Source of the DNA: Albugo candida
Taxonomy: Eukaryota
DNA length: 64,000 nucleotides
Assembly (NCBI GenBank): GCA_040437565.1
Contig: JBDOQK010000020.1
Location: forward strand, 434,001 to 498,000
Reading direction: 5' to 3'
Shown: piece after piece, positions 36,028 through 46,430 of the stretch
Layout of the letters: each line of letters opens with the position of its first letter
How positions within the stretch are numbered: the stretch's first letter is position 1
The notes under the pieces: model-generated
The model's database searches: none
Told to the model about the DNA's origin: nothing
Seen by the model: only the letters and a program-made list of their open reading frames with translations
Translations under genes and position numbers: made by a program

Positions 36028-36789
36028 CTATGGATCACTCAGACGTCGGAGGCTTGGTGGCGGAGTCAAAGTGTTGAGTCTTCGATATGGTGAAGGCACT
36101 GACGTGCTCAGAGACGGCTGTGCATCTAATAAATACGGAGGCTGGACGGGACCTAGTTGCGGATTAAATTGATTAAAATTTTGGAATGGTTGCGGTGGCA
36201 ACATGTTGAAGTTTTCTCGATTTACTGGGAAGGGTGGTATATTTGGTGGGATTGTTGACGGACTAGGAGGCACACTGGCTGGAGCTGTTGTATTATGTCC
36301 GCTGCTACCTCCTTGAATTGCTTGTATGGCAGCATATCCCCCTACTCCGGTCGCAACAGCACCCAAAGCAACACCTGCACCAAGTGCAGCAGGTTTCAAT
36401 TGATCTTTTCTGATTTTCGATTCCTTGTCTTTAGCTGCTTTATCTTTCGCTTTTTTTTTTGATCCGAAGAGTGAGATCTTTTTGAACCATCCCTTGGCAG
36501 ATTTCGATTTTTTGTCTTCTGATGTTTTCTCCAAGTCAAATTGAATTGCATTTGCGGCTTTTTGCACAAGATGATTGAATTTTTGTTTACCTGTCGATTG
36601 TTTTCGCACATCTTTCACAGCGCTGTCTCTATGAACTTTTGGGATGAGGGGCGCTGAAGGAGATTCATCCATAGGCAGCGGAGCAGTTGTTGCAAACGTT
36701 GCCGCCAAGAGCATGAGAACCAGACGGATTTTTCTCGTACGCGATCGGTTGGAAAACCTTATAAAAACTCCAGCGCGTCCATGCTTCAT
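36028..36789 (-). CDS. Lineage-specific secreted/membrane protein, family member A (effector candidate)
   Basis: Basic leader plus hydrophobic LVLMLLAATFA; Lys-rich middle; Gly/Ala hydrophobic helix; Pro-rich tail. Confidence 0.72.
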   Translation of the reverse strand: MKHGRAGVFIRFSNRSRTRKIRLVLMLLAATFATTAPLPMDESPSAPLIPKVHRDSAVKDVRKQSTGKQKFNHLVQKAANAIQFDLEKTSEDKKSKSAKGWFKKISLFGSKKKAKDKAAKDKESKIRKDQLKPAALGAGVALGAVATGVGGYAAIQAIQGGSSGHNTTAPASVPPSPSTIPPNIPPFPVNRENFNMLPPQPFQNFNQFNPQLGPVQPPYLLDAQPSLSTSVPSPYRRLNTLTPPPSLRRLSDP

Positions 36790-36857
36790 TTCTTATGATG
36801 TGAACGTGAACTAGATAAGCAAATAGTAATAAACTGTTAGCAATGTGAATTTTTGTA

Positions 36858-36884
36858 TTCATGTGATTGTACAAGTATCAAGAA
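36858..36884 (-). promoter_or_regulatory. Conserved family upstream block TTCTTGATACTTGTACAATCACATGAA (member A)
   Basis: Exact reverse complement of 37335-37361; both end ~70 nt before their ATG. Confidence 0.6.
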
Positions 36885-37334
36885 GCAGGCAAATTGTCAT
36901 AGCGTTGACGTTCATGTGATTGTGAGATCAACCAAAATAAACGTCGTTATGTGAGTGAGCGCAATTGCAATTAGACAATCAACGCACTTGTGTGAAGTAA
37001 TGAGTACATGAATACATTGAATTTGTCCAGTTTCTGTTCGCTTAACCAGCATTACTGATCAAAATCTGCCGGGATGTGGCCGCCAGTTTTCCGCTAATGA
37101 TAAGAGGTAGATCCCTCCTACAAATTTATTATTCCGATAAATTATAATCATCTGCCATATATGACTTGAGATATGATTTGCTGCATTTTACTTGTTACTA
37201 ATTCCTTGTCACGTACAGCGACATTCCGGTGATCATGCGTTTGTGCTCGGTATCACATATGCAGCCTGCTTTTTTTAACAATTAAACCAAAATCACGTTC
37301 ATGCACACAAGCGACGCTATTCCGATTCCTCGAT

Positions 37335-37361
37335 TTCTTGATACTTGTACAATCACATGAA
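37335..37361 (+). promoter_or_regulatory. Conserved family upstream block (member B)
   Basis: 27/27 match to the reverse complement of 36858-36884; degenerate copy at ~43880-43910. Confidence 0.6.
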
Positions 37362-37430
37362 AACGAAAACTCAGCCTGGAAGACAAGATTTACTCATCAA
37401 TTATCTCTTCGTTCATCAGACTAGTACAAA

Positions 37431-38665
37431 ATGAAGCACCAAAGCACTGGACTTTCGGCAGCTTTTGGTATTCAACCACGAAGAAGCAAACTTTGTTTAA
37501 TGACGATCGCGTTGATGGCAGCAACTATTGCGACTACTGATGCTCAAGGCGTGACCACATTAATTAATTCTTACAAGAGAGTAACGAATTACTTGTACGG
37601 TCGCAGCTCACCACCATCAGATACTGATGGCTTGGACCCTTCAAAACTGCCAGACCACTTAATGGATTCTAAATCTGAGCGATTTCCAATTGCGAAGGAG
37701 AAAATTTTGAAGGATGGAGAGATAAATCTAGTCCGTTCTAAATCCGAATCCGATCTTGGTAGAGAAAGTGGACCAGATAACTCTTTACATTCGAGGAAAG
37801 CGAAAAAGGCAAATGATGATATGTATCTTGCCGATAAATCCGCTGTTGGTGGCGTCCAAAATGTTATATTAAGTGGTCTTGGGGGAAGTAAGGAGGGAGC
37901 TAAGCTGAAAACAACTACTGGTGGTACCGCACGTTCAGTAACAACTCATGGTGATGGTAGACAAGCTACTGGAAGTGGAGATCCTATTGTGACAACTCGT
38001 CTTAATGGAAATAATGCTGAAACTACGTTAAAAACAGCTGGTGGTAATACTGCACATCAAGCGACACATTCGGGCGATACTATTGAAAAAATTGAGACTA
38101 TAAATCCGAGTCGGACTGGAGGTACTACTGTATCAACTCGTGCCATCGGAAACAATGCGGGAGCTAATACACAAACAGCTGCTGGCGGTATAGCAGGGTC
38201 AGTAACAACAGGGGGGAATGGTCGCCAATCTTCTGAAACTACCACCGAAGCAGTTGCCCGTACTAGTGGTGGCGCCGCTGCAGCAACTGATACCACCGGT
38301 GCAAATAATGTTGGGCATGGTACTGGTACATCTACTGTTAGTAACGGACGTCCCCCAGCAACAAGATCTCCTGATGCTTCTCCANNNNNNNNNNNNNNNN
38401 NNNNNNNNNNNNNNNNNNNNNNNNNNNNNNNNNNNNNNNNNNNNNNNNNNNNNNNNNNNNNNNNNNNNNNNNNNNNNNNNNNNNTCCTACTGGATATCCC
38501 CAATTAGGAGTGCCATTTCCAGGATCATTACCTACTGGAATGCCACCAAACGGTCCTTTTCCACAATCAGTGAATCCTGCAACGTTCCCGCCAGTAGTTC
38601 GAACTTTAAGTACTATACTGACACCACAAAGACTCCGGGGTTTGATCGTCAATCCTCGGCAATAG
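37431..38665 (+). CDS. Secreted Thr/Gly-rich family member B (spans a gap)
   Basis: MKHQSTG...KLCLMTIALMAATIATTDAQG leader; T/G-rich repeats; after the gap a frame reads PTGYPQLGVPFPG...PQSVNP...LTPQRLRGLIVNPRQ, stop at 38663-38665. Confidence 0.72.
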
Positions 38666-41600
38666 AGAATCATCGATCACGACAGAATGATATCTTGACT
38701 TCATTTCGATTATTGCATCAGCTTGGATTTTTAATATATTGATCTTCATATAATTATTGAACTACTGATGATACATCATTTAGACAAGCCTTCTCAACAC
38801 ATTGAAAGCGCACATTCTTGAGTGCAGCATTGCATACATTGTGTAGTGAAGTTCATCACTCTTGCCCCTTGTGATGTGAATTAGAGACAGTACATACTCG
38901 AGTCCCATGGTGCAATGATCCTCAAAGGTAGATATCGAACTCGTCACTTTACGGCGACTAAATCAGGACATGTTTTTGTTTTTGATCCAGCTGTCATTTT
39001 TTCGCAGCATGTGTTTCGGTCTGAGTTGATGAGCATAGCAATCGATCTTGAGGTCTGATACAGCGAGATCCGTTTCATCCAAGGCGGAAGATTATCAGGA
39101 AAGTCGAAAAGTATAGGGGCAGCATTGAGAACGAAAGGGATACCTTGTCGATAATCCTTCCCCCCCCGCGCTTAAGAGACAGAAACTCAACTAACAAAAC
39201 TTTCACCCTTTAGAAAAGGTAGTATAGAGGCCGGATGTCCAAATCAAAAACAGGCAAAACAACTCTACTCAATAGAGCAGTAGATGTTAACAATCAGTAA
39301 TGAACAAGTGACTTAACAACTAGTGATTGAGGCCTAGGAAGCCAAAGTCTGGACTGGCTACAGAGGCCGTGTCGCATCAAATCGTCATGAGGCTACCGCT
39401 CCTAGAGATATTACAAGTATAGCGTCAGGTTGGGCTTATAACACTGTCGTGTTAACTTGTCCTGCCCGAAGCAAACATAAAGTTGATCTGGAAGTAGCTG
39501 CTGATGGACCGCAACTCGATCTACAATCCGTGCGTGATGATGGTGGACGGTAGAAAAGCTGCTGAGCCTTATAATGATTCATCTGCTGGTAGTCGCGGTG
39601 GCGGTACCGCAACAACTGATCCTACTGTTTTGAGTGTTGGAAACATTTATAAGGTGTAATGAACGTCTCCCACAAAAGTGTAATCCTGAGGATTCAACAT
39701 ATGGAGAACCAATTTCGCTGAATTCTAAAGTCTTGATGCAAACAAAGCGAATACGAAGCTTTCAATCGACAATAGGCCCATTTAGCTCGGCTGGTGATGG
39801 CGCAGCAGGCGAAAAAAGTGGTTATAGTGTGGGAGAGATCGCTTTAGCAAATCAGCAAGGTGCTACTTCGAACAGCATACAATGTCTGAACCGATCTATC
39901 GAACAGTATGATATGCGGTATGTATTTTTGTCTAATCTCACCACACAGATGCAAGTCATTCGGAGAAGCTTGGGTTTCTTGATACTAGTTTCAGATATAA
40001 TGGAGAAGCTTTTACAAAGTATAGCCTCCTTTGCTCAAAACAGGAAGGCGACTATGTCTTCATTGCATTACTTCATCTCGACGTATTTTTTTTCTAAACA
40101 CCGAATCCTCGCACTTCTACAATCACGTTTCACCTCCTCAAGAAGCAATTTACCCAATGTTTGCGATGTAAATTAAATTTGGTCGACATACAGTGCAATC
40201 AAATCTGCCTTCGCAGTTTGTCAACTTATTGCGTGCATGTGGAGTAACGATATTTTGCTTGATCTGATGCTTGTATGGCCCATAGGTGTTCTTTACAGAA
40301 GTGAGATTCTCTGTATTGCATGAACACTTGCATTCCAAGTGTCAACGCATTGCTTTTGACATATCTTTGCCGTTTATCAGATGGAAAAAGACTGGTCTGT
40401 TTCCCACACGCTTGACTTTTACGGCTGTCGGATCGTGTTTATACGATGTGAATAGTAACGAGTATGCAGGTTCCGAACACTTTTCCATCCAACAAAGATT
40501 TACTGTATCGGAGAGATGTGGGGAAATAAGTGTCAATTTGTTCGGTTTTTTGCAAAGACAATGAAGGGAAGCAAAACCCTAGAAGAAGCTATGCAAGAGC
40601 GAGGATTCCTGTAAGATACTCGGGATCATCGACCCGGGAAAAGACAGAAGTTTACAATGCAATTACACTTCAAATAAATGACATCCTTGTTACGTTTTAC
40701 TTGCCGCCACTGTATCAATTAAGACGTCTCATCTTCCAAGCCGCTAGCGCCGCTTTTGACTTTCGACAAGATGAGAAGACTTCGACAACCAGATGGACTT
40801 AGCCGCCACGAGGCTTAGAAAGCCTGGACGACGCTCTTGACCTGAACAAAAAATTACATCACTCTGGATACATTAAATTTTGCGAAGCTCTTGCTTGTTG
40901 GTGCCTCTCATTCACCTCGTCTATCTTTTCTAGCTCGACTCACTTTTGAATACTGTGCTATCAGTCTAGCGTTTGCTGTCTCACCCATTATGGATTTAAT
41001 CACAAGTGACACGGTTATCAGAACGATATCCTTTAGTGTACAATGCCGCTCTTATGTGCGCTTTCAATGTGTTGAGAAGGCTTGTCTAAATGATGTATCA
41101 TCAGTAGTTCAATAATCATATGAAGATCAATATATTAAAAATCCAAGCTGATGCAATAATCGAAATGAAGTCAAGATATCATTCTGTCGTGATCGATGAT
41201 TCTCTATTGCCGAGGATTGACGATCAAACCCCGGAGTCTTTGTGGTGTCAGTATAGTACTTAAAGTTCGAACTACTGGCGGGAACGTTGCAGGATTCACT
41301 GATTGTGGAAAAGGACCGTTTGGTGGCATTCCAGTAGGTAATGATCCTGGAAATGGCACTCCTAATTGGGGATATCCAGTAGGANNNNNNNNNNNNNNNN
41401 NNNNNNNNNNNNNNNNNNNNNNNNNNNNNNNNNNNNNNNNNNNNNNNNNNNNNNNNNNNNNNNNNNNNNNNNNNNNNNNNNNNNTGGAGAAGCATCAGGA
41501 GATCTTGTTGCTGGGGGACGTCCGTTACTAACAGTAGATGTACCAGTACCATGCCCAACATTATTTGCACCGGTGGTATCAGTTGCTGCAGCGGCGCCAC

Positions 41601-41817
41601 CACTAGTACGGGCAACTGCTTCGGTGGTAGTTTCAGAAGATTGGCGACCATTCCCCCCTGTTGTTACTGACCCTGCTATACCGCCAGCAGCTGTTTGTGT
41701 ATTAGCTCCCGCATTGTTTCCGATGGCACGAGTTGATACAGTAGTACCTCCAGTCCGACTCGGATTTATAGTCTCAATTTTTTCAATAGTATCGCCCGAA
41801 TGTGTCGCTTGATGTGC
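38052..41817. repeat. Inverted repeat pair 38052-38815 / 41054-41817 (764 bp including a gap) with ~2.2 kb spacer
   Basis: Reverse-complement identity covering the 3' halves and 3' flanks of members B and C; one substitution seen near 38751. Confidence 0.85.
39180..39630 (+). pseudogene. Decayed fragment of the secreted family inside the inverted-repeat spacer
   Basis: Patches such as ctggaagtagctgctgatgga, gatggtggacggtagaaaagctgct and ggtggcggtaccgcaacaactgatcctactg resemble coding segments of members B/C; no open frame. Confidence 0.45.
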
Positions 41818-42465
41818 GATATCACCACCGGCTGTTTTTGACGTAGTTTCAGCATTAGTTCTACCAGGATGAGTTGATACGACAGAATTTCCACTTCCAG
41901 TAGCAGTTGCTTCGGTCTTAGTTCCCGTAGCTTGTCCACCATCACCCTGAGTTGCTGCTGGACGCACGGCACCACCACCAGCTACTTCCGGCTTAGCTGC
42001 ATTGTTGTTTCCAGTGGCAATGGTGCGAGTTGGTCCTTCACGGTGTCCCCTACCGATCACAAATGGTTTATTAAAGTTTTTGTTTTGCCACTCTTCTGTG
42101 CTAGTTTCCTTCTTAATATCAGCACGGCTCAGTTTCTTATCAGGTTGCATTATACCCATGCCTTTTGCTTCCATCGATGCTCTCTGACTACTTTCTCCAT
42201 ACTCAAAAGTGCCTTTCGGTTCCGCTCCAAATGTACTTTGCTTCACCTCACCCAACTTCGCGTCCATTGTAGATGTTTTCTTGAATGACACTGATTTAGT
42301 TTTATCACCTCCCAAAAGACGGCTTGTTATGCTCGTCAAGTCAGCTGAATTCGATATAACCATAGTGGGAAGACATGTTGCCAAGAGCGCAAGAATTAGG
42401 CCAAACATTTGTGCTTTTGATTGACGACAAACTAATGTCCGAGAAGCACTTTGGTGATTTATCAT
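41204..42465 (-). CDS. Secreted Thr/Gly-rich family member C (spans a gap)
   Basis: ATG at 42465 MINHQSAS...QMFGLILALLATCLPT; distinct N-terminal half, C-terminal half identical to member B. Confidence 0.72.
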
Positions 42466-43141
42466 ATCAAATTGTGTTCGGAAGCAGGAGAAAAATGAAA
42501 AGTGAGTTGGCTTTTGCAAGTCGCGCTTTCATGCGATTGTCTCCAATTATCAGGAAAACGATAAATCGTCGAATACGACCACATGCACGAGTGATCGCGA
42601 TCACACGAGATTGTAACGCAATTTAGCGACAAAAACGGAAAGAAGCATTTAAATTCAGACCGGGGGAAATATCCAATATCCACTAACTGGTAAGAAGAGA
42701 TGAATTACTGATGTGATTACAATCCAAATAATAAGACTAATTATTTTCGTATTATTTGCCACCCGTGTGAACAACAAGACGTCATAAATTATGAGCCGGT
42801 AGCGCCACTTTGTTGTCAAGCGAGATGAACTCGCATTGACTTCAGGTGTCCCTGAGCGGCCACGAGGCTATTAAACAGTAGATGACTCTACAAAGAAAAA
42901 CAAACCACGGATACAGTGATACCCCGTTTAGCTCATCTTGTCAGCCTTGACATACCCTGTAATTGTCGGGCTGAATATTTGCCTGCGTGGGAGATGAATC
43001 TCTCTCACTGCATACAATGGCGCACTGAACATGTATACATTTTGTGAGGCAAAAGGCTTCTACAAAAGATGCATGATCAGCATTAGCAACAAAACACATG
43101 TAAATATTTAATGACTAAAGTCTGCAATCGTCAAATTAAAG

Positions 43142-43808
43142 TTAAAGATTTGATTCAGTCGTGCACCGTACTGAACGCTTCAAATGCTGGTGGAGACTTG
43201 AAGGATTTACTGACTGAGGTGTGGTATGAATGTGCTGAATTTTAGCCATCAAATGATACCATTGATGGTGGAGTCTCCGGCCTTCAATGTTGTAGATTGC
43301 TACGGATTCGCTCCCCCAACGGTAGAGCAAATGGAAAGTTCTGCGGCTACGTTGGAGCATTTTGGGCGTCGTGGTAGTATTTGAACCAGGTTGGGTCTTC
43401 GTGGCTGTATTCGAACCAAGTCGCTAACTTATTGCAACGATTGCGGCAGTACCAGCAAATGCGCCTAGTATGCCGACAGTACCAATGCTTAATCGAGTCT
43501 TTCCGCAAGCAGCAAGTTTCGTATCCGTTTTACGTGTATAAATGATCTCACGCTTCGCCGAGACTGGTTTCCCGTATGGTGATAAAAGCAGGAGAGTTTA
43601 AATCATCACTATTTGACGGCACTCCCCTCATTTGCCACGATTATACCAGCTCTTGACTGCATTTGCTGCTCCGTCATCACTTGGGGTGTGCCTTCAACAT
43701 TAGTAGTCGCAAAACCTGGTGCCATCAACGCGATCATCATTGAACAAAGTTTATCTCGATGTGGTTGACTAAAAAGTGTGCCAAAAATCCAGAGCCTTGA
43801 TGCTTTAT
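43142..43808 (-). pseudogene. Pseudogene of the secreted family
   Basis: Aligns to the 5' region of member B with ATG changed to ATA at 43808; internal stops and frameshifts; retains LSIGTVGILGAFAGTAAIVAIS and PQSVNP. Confidence 0.72.
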
Positions 43809-44760
43809 CTTGTAGTAGTCGGATGATGGGTCGAAGAGAGTATCAAGGATTTATCCTGTCTTTCTGGTGAGCGTTTCGTTCCATTGTGACTTTATAAGTA
43901 TTGAGAAATCAAGGAGTTGTAATAACGTCTCTCGTGTGCATGAATCCAGCTCGATTTGACGATTTTTTGAAGCCACAAAAGTGGCGTTTAATTGTGAGGC
44001 GCAATCGCACAGCCACGAAGAAAAACGCATTGTGGCGACACAATAACACGTCCATTACTCATCATATTTTGAAAGCGTGGGATCTAATCTTAACGAAGCA
44101 TTTCCATTTACCTTCGAAGAAGTCTATGCAGCTTGCATTATAAGAGCTTTGGATAGATATTCAGAGCTAGCGCTGCGCGACCTGAAGGCTAAATTGTAAA
44201 GTCTCTTCTCCTACGTTCGGTACCTGGATATACATAAAATTCCACATAGCACGCTGTTCGAGCGCCTCCGTAGTGTTTGTGGTTTCGCCTCTCTCAGGTA
44301 AGGTGTCAGCTTGTTGGCGCGACGCGTAATGCACGCGTAGGTGAATTCGTAGAGTCTACACGCATTGCAGTTTTTGTCGCGGTTTAAATTTTCAGCAACG
44401 CCATGCTTGTGCAGCATTATGACATGGTGATTAAACACTCATACCATGGCATAGAATGGAGTGAGAAGTTATTCTTATGTAAAATGAATGAATGCTCTTG
44501 TCGTATAGATTTTAAAGAAAGCTGAGGACGAGTCTAAAGTGTCAAGGTCTACAAACATAAGAGTGGCAAGCAACATGAAGGGGATTAGCGTGAAGTGTAT
44601 GAATTTGTCAAATGAAAATGGATGTAAAAGGTAATGCAATGATATCTATCCTAGTTCTGCAAGCCTAATCAATCGTGATGACGGATGCTTCATCATGGAT
44701 ATATGGAGCTCAAAGCCCGAAGTTTTGGTGTTGTGGGCGCAGTGCTGGAGGTAGACCAGA

Positions 44761-45537
44761 TTACGGAGAATTGATTGTTGGTGGGACTCCAACTTGTGGT
44801 GGTATATATGATGATGGGGGTGGAGATGACGGGTTATCTGAATAGACTGGAATCGATTGTTGTGGCACATTAGGTGCTGGTGCTGGTGATGGTGTGGTTT
44901 TTGTAGGATCATTTGTCTTTCCATCAGGAACTTGTGGGGCTTGATTGGTGTTATTAGTCGATCCACCTTGCTGATTTGGTCCAGGTATAGCGTAATGAGT
45001 TATCAAGCCTCCTGTGACTCCCCCTGCTGCAAAAAGACCAACTCCGCCAATCATAGCCTTCTTGAGACTGATAGATCTCTTTTTATTTTGACCATCAGTA
45101 GCTCCTTCGTTTTCATTTTCACCAGGTTTATGACTCTCGGTCCGAGTCAATGTGGGATGCGTTGTACCACCTGGAGGTGATACAACCTCGCTTTCATGAT
45201 CTTTATGACTCTCGGTCCGAGTCAAAATGGGATGCGTTGTACCACCTGGAGGTGATACAGCCTCGCTTTGATGATCTTCAGAGTTGACAATGTGCTCTTC
45301 GAGTTTTTTAGTATCAGTCCCGTCATCATTACGCAGTGGTCTCTGAGTACGAGTATTCGAAGATTGTGGTTTGACTGAAGAACCGTCAGGGTTCAAATAT
45401 CTGGACATGTTAGCTGAAAGCGTTGCATTACCAGCCGAGAGAGTCGCTGCCAACAAAGTGAGCATCATTAAATCAAACTTCCTTCCACGTGACTGAAGAG
45501 AAGTCGAATGAAAAAAACCAGTGCGTTTACGATCCAT
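44761..45537 (-). CDS. Secreted family member D with RXLR-like motif
   Basis: MDRKRTGFF...KFDLMMLTLLAATLSAGNA leader; RPLRNDDGTDTKKLEEH; 2x25-aa repeat; Gly-rich hydrophobic helix; Pro-rich tail. Confidence 0.72.
   Translation of the reverse strand: MDRKRTGFFHSTSLQSRGRKFDLMMLTLLAATLSAGNATLSANMSRYLNPDGSSVKPQSSNTRTQRPLRNDDGTDTKKLEEHIVNSEDHQSEAVSPPGGTTHPILTRTESHKDHESEVVSPPGGTTHPTLTRTESHKPGENENEGATDGQNKKRSISLKKAMIGGVGLFAAGGVTGGLITHYAIPGPNQQGGSTNNTNQAPQVPDGKTNDPTKTTPSPAPAPNVPQQSIPVYSDNPSSPPPSSYIPPQVGVPPTINSP
45127..45276 (-). repeat. 75-bp (25 aa) tandem duplication inside member D
   Basis: DHQSEAVSPPGGTTHPILTRTESHK / DHESEVVSPPGGTTHPTLTRTESHK. Confidence 0.9.
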
Positions 45538-46179
45538 TTTATATGCTTCGATGCTCGGAGATATAATCAAAAGTGAGTTCTGCCTTCCTGATAGCTTGGT
45601 TAAAAATAAAAAAATTACTTGCCACGTAGATCCACGTCATCATCAAGAACGTTCTCAATTAGCAATGCGTCGGGTCACCCCAAATGCGGATATACCCACA
45701 TGATGACAAAGGGTCCACCTAGAGCCATTCGAGTTTTAGCTGTCAAAACGACCGGCTTCGTTTCCATGCAGGCTTGTGACGGATTAAACTGGTGACTCAT
45801 CCAAGCATCATACCATAATATTTGATTCGATTTGCTATGAGCAGAGATCGACTGGACTTCTGTACCCCTTTCTCCTATACACAAGCTATAGAACAGAGAA
45901 TGCAATAAGGTCGAATCTGTTGGTTGCATCTACAGCAATTGTTGTGTCGCACGTACAAATCTGTACTCGATAAACGGCGGCGAGTCTACTCGGATTCAGC
46001 TTATAAGTTTTCTCGACATCGAGCTGCTTGATATCATTTATTCGCTTTAAAAAGAAGCATTTGTGAATAGTAAAAGAGTCGGAGACGTGGCTCTGAACCA
46101 AATGGGTGAGAAGCAAAGCAACTGCACGGATAAAGAGGCGTGCTGATTGCGTGCATACTAGTTGATCGTTTTGATCCCG

Positions 46180-46430
46180 TGCAAAGCCTTTACCGGTCGT
46201 ACGTTTGTACACAATCGTACACGTACCCTACATCACTGTCACCGGATGGGTGCCATGGAATCATAACGATAGGCTTGATGGAATGAGGTGGAAGTGGGTG
46301 TTGATTTTGAAGATGACAGAAACAATGGTACGCTGGTTCCCACGCATTGAACTACAATTATACAATCATAATGGAAGCATACATTCCAACGATAAAAAAC
46401 CCTCCGGTCCACGTGGAACATCCAAGTCTT
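46180..46430 (+). repeat. Diverged non-coding copy of 49717-49997
   Basis: Shared blocks gtcaccgg.tgggt, ggcttgatggaatg...tggaagtgggtgttg and aaccc.ccgg.ccacgt.gaa....aagtcttac. Confidence 0.75.

Noticed and set aside
39634-41050. ORFs of 60-180 aa in the inverted-repeat spacer (possible invertase or transposase)
   Set aside because: No recombinase or DDE motifs recognised; most start at non-ATG codons
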